DNA of 63,498 bases, filler included, from Hyphochytrium catenoides (GCA_900088475.1; 9 parts of 9 records of this genome joined end to end with filler, not necessarily neighbours in it), one strand, 5' to 3'; numbered from the whole stretch's first letter, positions 23,860 through 37,480 are shown. Notes: a model not told the origin generated them from the sequence alone. Made by a program: numbers and translations.

Positions 23860-24935
23860 GCTTTGAAGACAGAGCTGGCGAAGGAGATTGAGAGAGTAAG
23901 AGGACCTTAGATGGTATGAAAGGGAGAAGAAGGTACAGAGTTCAGAGATAATATCAGCCCACGAAGAGACACTTCTTCGTCAGCCAGTGGACAGGTAGAC
24001 GCAGCCGCCTTATAGGCAAAAGTAAGTCTTAGTCTTCATAGGTTGTCCATCGTAACTGCGCTCTATGATACTGGAAGTAGGCCGAATGAGCAAGGAGAGG
24101 CTGACGATCAGCTTCGAGAGGTCTTCACCTAGGATCAACAACTCATCGATGGTGGAGCCAAAAGCAACAACCTGCATCAGCTTCGGTATAACTCTAAGAA
24201 GCGCTGGTTGCGGACCGAAGAAGAGCACTCCAGACCAGAGAATTGTCTTAACATAAGGTCGCACAAAGAAGCTCTTCTTCTAGAGCCATAGCGAAGCTCT
24301 TCCGTCTGATTCTTCCTTTGCTGACGCCTCGACTGGAGCTTCTTGAAGTCTGTGAAAGTGCTGGCAGCAGCTGCGGAAGCGGCGCGAGACAGTGCAGTGC
24401 GGGCCCAAGCCAAACGTGATGGCTGTTTACCCTGTGAACGGACAAGACAGAGATTGAAGAGATGGGGTTTTATAGTTGGTTGAGGGAGGGATCTGGTGAG
24501 GAAGAGCGCGAGCGAGATGGCGATGGGCCTAAGAGCCATGACAGCACTAAGAGAGGAGTGGTCAAAATAGATAGTGGACCTAAGAGGTTCGATGGCAGAG
24601 CCAGAGTAAGAACTAGGTGCAACGATAAGTGAGACAGAGATGAGGTTGTATGTATGGTTCTTTAACAGTGAGATGGGACGTTGAAGGGGAGACAGAGTGG
24701 GGGAGACATATGCATTTTGGAGCTTTTGGCTGTTTCTCTACGGTCCAGGTTTGGACAGGGGACATAGCAGAACACGGCGGTAACTTTCAGAGAAGGAATT
24801 ATTGTTTGTTTCAGTATCACTCATTCCTATATGGGGGTTCTGGTGAAATATTCAGGCTTCAAGGCTTCAACACCAGGTCAGGGTCCTGTCAGATTAACAC
24901 TTCTGCTTTTTCACCAGCCGCAGCCGGGAGAGTCT

Positions 24936-25061
24936 CCTCTCTCTCGCTCTCTCTCTCTCTCGCTCTCTCGCTCTCTCGCTCTCTCGCTCTCTCGCTCTCT
25001 CGCTCTCTCGCTCTCTCTCTCTCTCTCGCTCTCTCTGTCTGCCTTTCTCTCTCTCGGGGAG

Positions 25062-25105
<44 letters not shown>
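24936..25105. repeat. (CTCTCGCT)n octamer array grading into (CT)n
   Basis: Tandem ctctcgct units directly visible at ~24940-25030. Confidence 0.85.
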
Positions 25106-25111
<6 letters not shown>

Positions 25112-25688
25112 CTCTCTCACTCTTTTACCCCATTCTTCCTCTGTCTCTCTCTCTCTCTCTCCTACCCCTAATTCTCTGGTTTCTCTATCTTTCTCCCTCC
25201 TCGTTCATAAAAATTGTTGTCCTTTCTTGACCTCTTCTTCCTGGATGATGATACTTTCCGTCTTTTTGGCTCATGGGCTTGCTATCCAGCACTTGAGGCT
25301 TTGAAGCTTTGGGATGTCAAGATCTCTCCACCGTCAAGGCCACAATCGCTGTAGCCAAAGCTCCAACACCAGGCGGACTTGTGTGGAGACTGAAGTACGC
25401 GATAGACGGAGCTGCGTCAGTGCGTGCTGGACGGGAGATGACCAGCGGAAAGGATCAAGAGAGAAGTATAAGGCTTGTGAAGAGGGAGGGCAAAAGAGAA
25501 AGAGAGGGTAGTCCAGCGACTGCTAAGAGTATCTGAAGAGGGGGAGAGAGAAAGAGAAAGAAAGAGACAGGGAGGAAGAAGGCCAAGAACTAACGAAGAC
25601 TTTCCTTGTGAGCTGGGTCGAGGATGGGGAGTGAGAGAGGAAGAGCGGACGTGAGAGATCGCGGAAACGGTCGAGGAAAAAAGAAATA

Positions 25689-25730
<42 letters not shown>

Positions 25731-25932
25731 GAGAGAAAAGGGCTAGGTTGGTAGGAGCAAAACGATAGTTGTTAGTAATAATCTACATGCCAACAGTACA
25801 CTTGTCATGTGCTTGGTCCTTGCTATTCCATTGATTCTATTCAAGAGTCCTTTAGGCGGCCACCAGCCTTCCCTCTCTCTCTCTCCTCGTTTTCTCTCTC
25901 GTCTTGCGCCACTCCCCGTTCTGCACTCCTTA

Positions 25933-26433
25933 TTAGCTGGATGGGATTCTGTTCATGGGAAAGTGCTGGATCTGAAGTGCTCTCTTTTTGCTGTCGCCTC
26001 TCTTCACCATTCCCTGTCGGCTGTTGACAGGAAGAGCGGGAGAAGAGTGTTGTTGTTCTTCCTTTCTCTCTCTTTCTACCCTTGCAGCTTCCCTCTCTCT
26101 CTGCTTATCCCGACTCTCTCGTAGTCTTTCGTCTATCACGAAAGAGAGAGTGTTTACTGTCAGCAATCCCAGATCGCTCACATCTACCTCCTGTGCCTCT
26201 GTCATCCCTCCTGTTTCTAATAGGTCTCCTTCTTTCTTCTCTTCTTTTTTTGCTCTTTCTCTCTCTCTCCCGACGGCCAGCTGGCAAAGTCTCTCCAAGG
26301 AACGCGGAGAAGGCGGAACGGTAGCACAATGGCTGCTGTGCAGGTAGATGCACAAGAGGTCCTCGACGGTGATGCCGCTCTCTCCGGAGAGAGAAGAAGA
26401 AGAGAAAGAGTAAATCCTGTCGCGCAGACACGT
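25933..26433 (-). CDS. Coding exon(s) of unknown protein; possibly the final exon of the large EF-hand gene upstream
   Basis: AG|ACG TGT CTG... gives TCLRDRIYSF...GITVEDLLCIYLHS...RIPSS* open to the stop at 25933; the connection to upstream exons is unresolved. Confidence 0.45.
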   Translation of the reverse strand, partial: TCLRDRIYSFSSSSLSGESGITVEDLLCIYLHSSHCATVPPSPRSLERLCQLAVGRERERAKKEEKKEGDLLETGGMTEAQEVDVSDLGLLTVNTLSFVIDERLRESRDKQREREAARVERERKEEQQHSSPALPVNSRQGMVKRGDSKKRALQIQHFPMNRIPSS

Positions 26434-26848
26434 CTACAGAGGCAGAGGAAGAACCGGAGCAAGGGACAAGCAGCTTATGAGTTCGACTAAAGTAGGTAGT
26501 TGTGGCGCTAGACCCGAGAGAGAGAGAGAGTGAGAGAGAGACAGAGAGAGAGAGAGAAAGAGAGACACACGTGGACATAAAGAGGAGAAGGGGCGGGGCA
26601 GGCATAGAATACCTGAAGAACAAGAATCAGAGATGAGGACGAGAGACCGAAAGAAGAGAGAAACGCCGAGACAATAGTAGGACGTAGAGGTTGTTAGAGA
26701 CAGAGAAATTTCACCTGTCAAAACTATCAGAAAGAGAAAAGAGCAGGCCAAGAAAGAGGGAAGAGCAACCAATCAGACACAAAGAGAGAGAAAGGAGACG
26801 GTAAGATGTCGTGAGACATATTGAAACAACGTCGATGCTTTTCGTTTG

Positions 26849-29800
26849 CTAGTCCACAACCTTGATCATCTTGGCAAATGTCTTCACGGAGACCACAGGA
26901 GGTGCTGCAGCTGAAGCAACAGGACCTTCGAGAGGCGCGGAGCCGGTAGCATTTGAAGAGGTGGAAGAGGGAAGAGAAAGAGAAGTGTCTTCTACAAGCT
27001 GCTGAATCGTCTTTGAGGGCACGTGACTGCCTTGACAGCAGTGTCTCAGCAGCTTGCTGAACTCCAAGAGAGACTGAGACACAAAAAGAGAGAGAGAATT
27101 AGAGAGCAAGTGAGAGATAAAAAGAGAGAGAGAATAAGAGAGCAAGTGAGAGAAAGAAGATAGTTGATTAGTCCGAGCTCAAGAGAACTGGGCAGACGGA
27201 TCCCGGAAGAGACTGACATGTCCATAGGCGGGATCATGAGAGAGGAAGGAGCGATCTTGGAAGAGGACAGCGATGTATTTGTCTGCTTCTTCTTACCAGT
27301 TCCCCATCTTTCGCCTGGTTGAACTTGGTATACAGATCCACCTGAAAGGGGAGAAAGAGATTAGGAAAAGTCATCCAGGAAGGAGAGAGAGATGCGATGC
27401 TTGTTCTCGAGAGTAGAGTGAAGAAAGCGACAGGCCAGGGTTCTGAGGGCGAAGGATCAAGGAAAGAGGGGACAGTCCGAGGGTTGACCCGAGACACAGC
27501 GAGAAGAGAGACTGCAAGAGATAAATTTGAAAGAGAGGCAATAAAAGACAGCAGAAACCATTCCGACAGAGACACGTAACACGTAACAGAGAGGGAGACA
27601 GGAAGAAAGGAGAAACGAAGGACCGCGCCGAAGAGAGGCACAAAACAGAGAGAGAAAGAGAGGTAGAGAGAGGTGGATGTCAATGTTACGAGATGTGCGG
27701 CATGCTGGACAAGCTGTTGGTCCCAGGTTTGGAGGAGAAGTTCGAGGAAGGAGTCTCCCTGCACAACGGAGTAGTCGCTCTCCGCCTCTTCCAGGACAGA
27801 AGTAGGGGAAGGGGCTTTAACCGAGAAGAAGGCAGGAGAAAGCGGGCAAAAGATGAGCGATACACCCTCATCAAGGTCACCGGGAATGAAGTGAAGAACG
27901 CGGCTTCAAGTATATGAAAGGGTGAAAATAAGGAAGAGAGCGAGAGAGAGAGTGAGAGAGGAAGGAGGCGAGGGACAGAGAAGTCTGAACTGAAAATCAG
28001 GGCTGATAAACACACGTCAAAGCCAACTAAAGTAGGTAAGAAACGGAAAGAAGAGAATGATTATAAAAAAAAAGAGCCTATCGTCCCGTTGGCTGTCCTT
28101 ACCGCTTTCCGCCAGCGCTGTTGCCTTGGGCTTGCTCATCTGTTGCACTTTGTAAAGCAACTCCGCGCGTAGGAAAGGCTGTACGAAGTATTGGCGAGCC
28201 ACTTCGCGACGCGACGAACCCGTCCCAGAGGAAAAGGAAGAGAGAGAGAAGTCCTCCTTCCCTCTTCGTCTTCTCTCCTCGGCGCGGAGGCTTTGTAGCC
28301 CTGTGGCCTCTGGCATGACGGTATGGATAACCTGAGCAAGAGAAGCAGATAGGGGGAGGGAGAGAGGGAAATAAGCGAATCAGAGATGACAAGAAGGATG
28401 AAAGTCTGTTGATGGTCCTACTTCAAACAACAAAGAGTGACAAGAACTCTGTCTTCCTCTTTCAAGTCACGGGAGATAAGAAAGAGAGACAAAAAGAAAG
28501 ACACAAAGGAAAGAGAATGCAGAGAGTGAGAGAGGGAGCAGAGGAAAAGAGGAAGCGGAGAACAAACAAAGAGAAAGAGGAGAGAGAGAGTGAGCGAAAG
28601 AGAAAGGAGGGAGAGGAAGAGAGAAGAATGCAGGAGCTGGGGGAGGGGCGACCTTCATAATCATGTGCAAGGGATAGTAAGAAGCCTTCTCGGAATCCAT
28701 GAACTTCTCTTTGACGAAAGCGCGAGGAAGGAGCTGCCGAGAAAGAGAGCAACAGAAAAAGGGTGTCAGCCATAAGAAAGCGGTATGCCTCATAGCCAGA
28801 TCCTCACAAGAGAGCAATATAACTCAAAAGCGGGACCTGCGAACGAAGAAAAGGCGAGACAGAAAGAGAGAAACCAAGAGAAAGGGAGAAGGAGAGAGGA
28901 AGCCGAAAAAAAAAGAAAAAGAGGGAGAAAAGAGGTCAGAGAAAGGAGAGACTGAGAGATCTAAAGGTGTCTTCTGGTTGGGAGGAGGAGAGAGATTCAC
29001 CAAGAGAGACAGAAAGAGGAAAGAAAAAGGCGTTTGAAGAGAGAGAGACACAGCTCCTCTCCCTCCCAGGTTACATGATAACAGAAGGGGAAGGTCAAGA
29101 GTCCAGGAGACAGGCAAAAGTGCCCACTTACCTGTCCAATAAGCTCCAAGAAGAGGTCACACCGTTCCTCGTCAAAGGACATGGGATCTAAGGCCTTTAA
29201 AGGGGCAAGGAAGGCCAGGATCAAGATGGAGTTAAAGCGGAACAGGCCAGGAGACAGACCGCACAGCGCAGGAAAAGAGAGAGGGAGAGAGAGAGACAGA
29301 CCGACAGACGGATAGAGAGAGAAGAGAGCCGGTAGAATATGAAGATTGGGGAGAGAGGAAAAGATGGGAGAAGAAAAGGCAGACGAACGAAAGAAGCGAG
29401 AGGCAGGTAAAAGGGGCGGGGCCGGGATAAGAGACAGAAGAGGGAAAAAGAGAGAGAAAACTCCATACAAAAAGGAGAGCGCGAGCGATAAACAGAAAGA
29501 GATTTCGAGGAGAGGACACACCCCAATGAGCCTGCCAAAGGTCCTAACCCTGACGCTGTTTGCGTGGAAAGTCTCCACCGCCCCCAGAACGCCTCTCAAG
29601 TGCTCTACTGAGAGACTCTCCAATCCGTAACGAGTCACAATCTGTCGCCTGAGACACAAGAGAGAAGGAGACAGGAAGACAAGGGTTAAGCGACGACAAA
29701 GAGAAGAGACAAGAGTAGCAGCAACCTCAGGTATGGAAGGGATTGTGGGAACAGACGATATGCAAGATTGTTTACCGTCAACGAGAGAGAGAGTGTGAGA

Positions 29801-30603
29801 GTGAGTGAGAGGATTGGAAGAGAGGGAGAAAGAGAAGGGGGAAGAGAGAGAGGGAGAGAGAGAATAAAAGAACGAAGGAGATGGTGCTACTTACTAAAAC
29901 ACAGAGAGAGAGAGAGCAAAATAGGAAAGATGCTAGGGAAAAGGGTAGCGACGGCTTCAGAAGAGCGATAAGAAGAGAGAGAGAGATACCTGAAGAAAGA
30001 TGGGAAAGCTTCTCTTGCTCGGCCGTTTAGGTCATCAACATCATCGGCACATATCTTTTTCTGGTACAGATCGCCGATGAAGGCGTATAACTGGGAGAGA
30101 GTCTTCTCTTGCTGTGAATAAATAAAGACAGGGTTGAAGAGAGAGAGAGAGGTATGAGGAGAGAGAAGCTAGAGATGGAAGAAGAGAGCGGAGAAGGTAA
30201 AGGAGAGAAGGAAGAGAGGAAATAGACAGCAAGAGAACGATGAAGGGAGAGGTCTCTCTCCTACCCTAGGTCCTTCACGAGAGAAGTCTGCTCCCCAGAA
30301 GTTAATGACGCCGTCACCTCCCCTTAAAGCTATGAGAGGCGCCCGGGGCCGAATGTTTTTCGGGGCTTTGAGAGCAAAGGAATCTACCGTTGTGGCCGTC
30401 AGGGGACGGGCGTACTCCTCTCTCCCTCTCTCTTCTCTTTTTTTCCTCTCGGCTTTAGAGGTTGGACTTCTTAGGGGATACTGATAGCGCCGGTGGATAC
30501 GGAGTACTGCAGGTACAAATTCAGAGAAAGAGGAGGGGAGGGAGGACGAGAGAGAAGAGGACGAAGAGAAGAGAGAGAGAGAGACACAGAGAGAGATGGA
30601 GAG

Positions 30604-30642
<39 letters not shown>

Positions 30643-33600
30643 AGGGAGAGAGGAACAGAAAAAGGGTTCGAAAAGAACTGTCAAAATAAAGTCTTTCTTC
30701 CTTTCCTGCGCTTCCCTAGAGCACCTGCCCCCCGCAATTCTCTTCCCTCTATCTTTTCATCCCGTCTCTCTCTTTCTGTTCTCTGGGTCTCTTTAACTCT
30801 TCCTCTAATGTCATAGACAGTTCACAGTCTCTTCCACATTCTTTTTCTCTCTCCTGGATTTACCTGTTCCTGTTGCTTGGTCGATCTCCTCTATAACTTC
30901 CACGACCTCTTCTCTCTCTCTTCTCTCCTTGAGAGCCTCTGCGCTTTGGCTCCCAGAGCCTGACGCAGGTTCCTCAGTTCTCTTCTGTTCTGTTGATGTT
31001 GCTCTGGCGCTGGCGGAAGAGAGACCCTCTTTCTCTCTCTCTTTCTCATCCTCACGTCTCTCTCTCCTATACTGAATCTTTCTATGGACGGATTGTTCGT
31101 CTCCTTCCTGCGCTGGATAGTTCTTCCCTAGGTCCGACTCACTATTCTGTCTCCGGAGGAGGGAGGATGAAGTGGCAGACTCCTCTACTACTGTGCCTGT
31201 GCGGGTGAGAGAGAGACAGAGGGAGAGAGAGAGAGAGGGAGGGAGAATAACAGAAGAGAATAGTAATAAAGAGAAAAGAGAGGAAGGGAGAGAGAGTAAC
31301 AGAAGAGAAAAATGGAGAGGAAAGAGAGAAAAAGAGAGAGAAAATGAGAATGGAGAGAGAGAGTGAAAGCGGTAAGTCAAGAGGGGAACGGAGGCTGCTC
31401 TTCCACAGCTCGCTCTTTCTCCCGGTAGAACTTATCTCTCTCTCTCCCCCTCTCTCTTTCTTTCTCTCTCGTCATCTCTCTCCCCTAACGTATCCGTTTT
31501 ACTGACCTGCAGGCTGGAGTCCTATGTCCTCCTTGGAGGAGGATTCGATGCTAGAGAGAGAGTTGCTTCGTCTTAAGGCAGAAGAGGCAGACTGAGGTCT
31601 TTGTCGTCTTTCCTTTCTCCTCTTCTCCATCACACCTCGGATTTGGTCTCTCTCTTCCCTCTCTAATTGAGCAATCTCCTTTCTTGCAGGATACATCTCC
31701 CTTCCTGTCTTTCTACTGTCTATTCCTGGAGAGAGAGACTCTGCAGAAAGAGAGACACCGTCTTTCTTTGTCCTGCTCGTTGATCCCTGAAGAGAGGAAT
31801 CTTGTTTCTCATCTCCCGTTCTCTCCCCATTGCGACGGTAAACAGACGAGCCTGGCAGAAGAGAGACAGAGGAGGTTGCTGTTTCCTCTCTCTCTTTTTC
31901 TGCTTTTCTTCTATTAAGCTCACTTCTCCCGTTACCCTTAGATCTCCAGGCTGCACCCTTGGGAGACTGCGGGCTAGTTCGTCCCTTCCCTGTGCTCTCC
32001 TGGGCTTCCCCTTCTTCTGTCTCTCTCCTTTCCTTGACCTCCACATTCTCTCTCTCTTCTGCCATTTTGTCAAGGCGACGCGCTGTCACTATCCGGGGCT
32101 GACTGGACTGCCGTCTAGTAAGGAAGGAAGGCCGGGGCTGCGAAGATTCTGGCACTATTGGCGCTAGAGAGAAGAGAGAGAGAGCGAAAGCACGAGAGAG
32201 AATGAGCACGAGAGAGAGAGAGAGAGAGAGGAAGAGGCCGTCCCGAAAATGATTGATATAGAAGGAAACAAAATTCATGGAAAGGAGGGAGAAGAGAAGA
32301 GACAAAGGGATAAACTGGACGGACAGGTCCCTGTCACAGCAAAGACAGAGAGAGAGAGAGAGAGAAAGAGAGAAAAGAGCTGGAATGGAGAGAAACAAAG
32401 AGAGACAAAAGAGGTTTTCCTGCTCACCTTGTTCCCTCTGATCTTGCTCTATTGCTGGTTCATCTTCTCCTTCGGATGACTCCTCTGCCTCTTCTTCGTC
32501 ATCTCTCTGGGCAGAGTTGTCGAAGAGCTGCATCTTCTCTTCCAGCTCTTCCACTTCCTCTGCCAACGTTTTCTTCCTTCCTCTCGTCTCCCTATGAAGA
32601 GGATGGGCCCCGGACCTCTCTCTCTCTATGTCTCTCTCCACCAGCAATGGCTTTTCTACCCGGTCTTGGTCTTCTCCGTCTCTCCCAAAATCTTCTTCTC
32701 TCGCCACGTCCTCCTCTCGTCCAGCTTGCTCTTCCGCTCTCTCTCTCTCCTTCTCGCTGGTTCTTCCTTCCTTTGCTGCCTTGTGGCTACCCTCAGACAT
32801 CCTTGCGCTTCCTCTGCTTTCTGGACGTTCTTGCTTATCTTCTTCCTTCTCTCCACGGGGGAAGGGTTGTTTGCTTTTCTCTTCCTTCTCTTCCCCTAAC
32901 AGAGTCTCTTTCCTCTCTTCTAATCCCTCTTCTCTCTTCTCTAGGGGCTTTTCCTCTCTCTTCTCCTCTAGCGGCTCCTCTTCATTTTTCTGCTCATCTC
33001 CCGTGGACTGTCGCTGCTGCTCCATCTCTCTCAAGCTTATTCTCTGACCTGCAACCGCAGCATCCAAACTTTCATCTTCTCCGCCTCTCTGAGTGAGTTT
33101 CTCTCTTCCACTAATGAGAGAGAAAGAAGAGAGAGATGCAAGGAGAGAAGGTTCTGCCGAAGGAAGCGAAGAAGAAAGAGGCACCATGGACCTCGAAGAA
33201 GAAGAGAGAGCAAGAGAGAGAGAGCGATGTGAAGAAGAAGGAGAAGACGAGAGCAATGACGCAGAAGAGAGAGAGACAGGAAAGGAAGAGACTTGTGTTC
33301 CCTTCGTCTTCGCCTTCACTCTCTCAGTATTGGTCCCGACACTGCGCGCGAGAAGGGGAAAGAATGGTGCCTCTCCCTCTTTCAACAGCTCTTCCTCGAA
33401 AGTCAGCAGCGCCCCAAGCTGTTTGCCACTCCCTCTAGAAACAGTGAGAAGACTTAAGGCTCTCTCTTTCTCTCTTTTGGCAAGCACTTGCACGCTCTCT
33501 TCTTCCGCTCTTGCTTGATGGTCCATTGTTTCCTTTGCTGTTGCACCTGCGGCGTCCGTAGTCTCACTTGAAGGAGAGAGAGGAGCATGCACTGGTCTTT

Positions 33601-34345
33601 CTCTTTCTAGCCCGCCACCCAGGGCAGAGGATGGGATAGCACCAGAGGACGGGAGAGTGGAAGGGAGAGAAGGACTGGGAAGAGATGGAGAGGACGATGA
33701 GGAGGAGAGTCTCTCTCTTTCCGCTGTCACTTGCGGCACTGGGTGTATCTGTGCGCCGCCGGCAGCAGGGTCCTGCTTCTCTTTGACCTCTTGCTGCCCT
33801 GCGAGACCTTCCCCTGCCTGTGGCAAGCCCTTGGTAGGGAGACACAGTGAGAGAGAAGAGTAAGAGAGAGTGCGTGAGAAAGAGAGAAGGACGAGGAGAG
33901 GCTGCGTGAGAGGCGAGGTAAGAGAGGGAGAAGAGAACAAAGGCAGAAAATAAGTAAGAGAGGCTAGAGAAGAAAAGAGAGAGGATAGGAAGGAGGGAGA
34001 AGAGAGAGATATCCGAGAAGGCAGGAGTCCTACCCGGTCCAGGGAAGCCGTGAGAGATTGTGCCGAGGATTGGGACGGTAGAACGGACGGAGAGAGAGGA
34101 GAGACCGCGTTTTGCTCCTCTTTCTCCTCCTGACCCGTCATTGTTAGCAGCACCTGACGAAGGAAGTGTTCCCACTGGTGGGGAAGATCTGTTTCTTCTT
34201 CTTTGTAAGAGGAGAGAGACAGTGATAGGATGTCCTTCAACGCAAGGGGATGAACGGGAGAGGCAGAAGAAGAAGAAGAGAGGAATCTTCGGATCTCCGT
34301 TTCTGGCAGCCCTTGGGCCGGCTCTGAAGCAAGAGGTTAAATAAG

Positions 34346-34401
<56 letters not shown>

Positions 34402-35644
34402 GAGAGAAGAGAGAAGGGGAGAAGAGAGGGAGAGAGAGAGAAGGAGACAGGAAGAGTTAGAGTATGACTTAGAGCATCATGCTATGCCTCAACCTCAGTA
34501 TTGCAAAAGGAAAGTCCAATTCTTGTTCTTGTACGAGTAGAGGCAGGAATGGGATGAAAGGAAAGAGGAGAGAAACAACAAGGTTTAAGGCAGTCAGACA
34601 TACTCTTTCTCTCTCTCCCTTTCTCCTCGCTAAAAAGAATTAAGAGAAACAGGGAAAGAGTTCTAGTCTGTTGCTTCTCCTTTTCCTTACCATGAATCAT
34701 CCGCGATTCTTTCTTTCGAAGCTTCCTGCTTTCTTCCTCTCCGCTCGGCTGGCCGCTAGGTTATAAAGGCAGGAGAGACAGGAGAGACACAATACCAGCG
34801 ATGACAGAAGGTCAGGGAGGGCCGAGAGCATAGAGAACGGGAAGGTCTCACTGACAAGGACTTCTCTCTCTTTCTCTTGCTCTGTGTCTCCCTCTGCCTC
34901 TCTCGCTTTTCTAAGTTTTCCTCTCTCATTTTCCCTCTCTCCTCTCTGTTTCTCCCTCCCTCGCTCTCGAGTCTGGTCCAACAAGGCAGATCTCGTTCCA
35001 TCAGTTCGTTACCTTGCTGGCGTCTGCCGCCAAATCTCCGACTTTCTCTTCTCTTCTTTTCCTGATAGCACCGACACTCGTCGCCTTGACGCCCTCCCTC
35101 CATCCTCACTTCCCTTCTTCAACAGCTTCCTCTCTTTCTCAACGTCTTGCTCTTCCTCTCCGTTATGCTCTCCCTCGAGCGCCGGACGGGAGGATAGTGC
35201 TCCTGATACCCTAGATTTAGAGCTGAGGGAGGAGCGTGAAGAGAGAGCCTCGGTCTTGTCCTCTCTCTCCTCCTTCTCCACGTTCTCTCCCGCAATCTTG
35301 CTCCTTTTGGAAGAAGACTTGGAGATGGCGCTTCCTCTTTTCCCTTTCTTGCTCCCAATGCTCTCTCTTCTCTCTCGGAAGGAGGGAAGTGTAGAGTCTT
35401 GCTCCCTTTCTTCCTGGATTTGTCCAGCGGATTCCTCACTGTCTCTCTCGGCGTCTTTTTTCTGAGGATCAGTTCTCTTACTATCCTCTTGTTCGTCAGA
35501 GGGACTAGAGGTTGGGACGGGCTCTCCAGCTGCTTCTTCGACTTTTCTCTCTCCTGCTTCGGTAGAAAAGATAGCAACTTTAGAGCGTCCGTGCTGAGAT
35601 CCGTGTCTCTCTTTCTCTCTCTCAGGCCTTTTTTCGAGTGTCAT
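26849..35644 (-). CDS. Very large multi-exon protein: low-complexity E/K/R/S N-terminal half, helical conserved region and EF-hand-like C-terminus
   Basis: GT-AG-bounded exons encode QIVTRYGLESLSVEHLRGVLGAVE...VRTFGRLIG, DPMSFDEERCDLFLELIGQ, LLPRAFVKEKF..., GDSFLELLLQTWDQQ and VDLYTKFNQAKDGEL|SLLEFSKLLRHC (EF-hand loop). Long ORFs at 31499-34240 and 35009-35644. Could be more than one gene; 5' end unresolved. Confidence 0.55.
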
Positions 35645-35996
35645 CTGCGCCTTCCCTTTTTGAGTCTCTCCCTTCTTCGGCGAATGTCTATCTTTCGCTA
35701 TTGTTTACTTTCTTTGGTGGACTTTCGCCTTCTTTTCAACGGAGGATGTAGGAGGATGTAGCTCTCTTCAATGTCTCTCTTTGTCTCCCGCCCTCTCTCT
35801 CTCTCTCTCGTTGTTCCATTGGACAACCTTCGTTCAGTCGCTTTGTCTGCTTCTTATATTGCGCTTCCTCTCTCTCCTCGTCTCTCAGTCTCCCTCNNNN
35901 NNNNNNNNNNNNNNNNNNNNNNNNNNNNNNNNNNNNNNNNTTAATTAATTAANNNNNNNNNNNNNNNNNNNNNNNNNNNNNNNNNNNNNNNNNNNN

Positions 35997-37248
35997 GCAC
36001 TCCATTGAGGAAAGCAGTAGAGAAGTCCATTTGCTGTAGCTCTAGATCCTTAGCAGCAGCAACTGCCAGAATGGCGCAGATCGTCTGAAACTTGACCACA
36101 GGAGAGAAGGTCTTGTTAGTCAATACCTTCCTGTTGCGTAAAACCTCGGGCGACCAGTCTGGCCTTGAAGCAATCAATCTCACCGTCCGAATTCTGCTTG
36201 ACCTTGAACAGCCACTTAGAGGTAATTTGCCTTCCTGCCTGGTGGCAAAGGCACAAGCTCCCAGGTATCGTTGTCAACGAGCGATTGATACTCAGCGTCC
36301 ATAGCTTCCTTCCATCGCTCAGCTTCAGGAGAGGCCATGGCCTCAGAGAAGGTGAGAGGCTCATCTAAGTCAGCCGCAGCTGCGGCCATCGCAAATTCCT
36401 CCCCCACAAAGTAGGAAGACACCATAAACTCCTTGATGACAGGCTTCTTCACTCGGCTTGATCTCCAAGGCTCCTTGTCTGATTTCTCTTCTTCCACCGC
36501 CGGCTCCTTCTCCTCTTGGACTTGTTCTCCAGGCACCTCAACTGCTGGCTCCAGAGGCTGCTGTTCTTCATCCTCCAAGAACAGGAAAATATCATCGGTG
36601 GGGTAGTTGTACAGCTCCCTACCCTCTATGTGGAACTTCTGTTCATGGAAAATTACATCCTGGCGGATGACAATCTTCTTGCTGATCGGGTCCATAAGTC
36701 TGTACCCACGCTGATGCCCCGGATAGCCCAAGAAGATATAGGGCTTGCTCCTTGCGTCCAGAGATTTTCGTTGAGTGCTGGGAATGTAACCGTATGCCAC
36801 ACAGCCGAAGACTCTCAGATACTGAAGGGATGGCTTTTTCCCCATTAGAGCTTCAAAAGGAGTTTTGCCTTTTAGAAAGGATGATGGGCATCGGTTCTGA
36901 AGATAAGTGGCAGCTTGAATGGCTTCAGCCCAGAAGACTTTCGGTAGTCTAGCGTGATGCAGCATGCACCTAGCCATGTCCATCAGGGAGCGGTTTTTAC
37001 GTTCTGCTTTCCCATTTTGTTGCGGGTTGTAGGGGGCAGTACTCTGGTGCTCAATTCCATGCTTCTTCACAAAGTCCTTAAAGCTATTTGAAGTATATTC
37101 TCCCCCGTTGTCGCTCACTAGGGTCTTGATCTTCCCAGTTTTATTCTCCATGAATGCTTTGAACCCTTAAACTTTCCAAAGACCTCACTCTTCTCCCGGA
37201 TGAAGTTCGTGCACGTGTAGCTCGTACTCTCCTCGATGAAGGTCACAT
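35997..37248 (-). mobile_element. Ty1/copia LTR retrotransposon pol fragment (integrase then RT)
   Basis: SDNGGEY, PYNPQQNGKAERKNRSL, LRVFGC, FLGY, EAMDAEYQSLVDNDTWELVPLPPGRK, KWLFKVK, FKARLVARGFTQQEGID, TFSPVVK, QMDFSTAFLNG. IN-before-RT order is copia; a few frameshifts; fills the whole contig. Confidence 0.96.
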
Positions 37249-37480
37249 NNNNNNNNNNNNNNNNNNNNNNNNNNNNNNNNNNNNNNNNNNNNTTAATTAA
37301 TTAANNNNNNNNNNNNNNNNNNNNNNNNNNNNNNNNNNNNNNNNNNNNAGAGAGAGAGAGAGAGGGCCGAAGGAAGGGAGGGAGAAGGAGAGAAAGAAGG
37401 AGAGAGTGAGAGTGACGGGAAGGGACAGCTAGCTACAAATATAAAATCCGTTTTCCTCTTCCTCTCCTCTATCTCTCTAC

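Noticed and set aside
24010-25536. Short ORFs between the PDZ gene and the large EF-hand gene
   Set aside because: No recognisable motifs and no consistent exon chain could be built.
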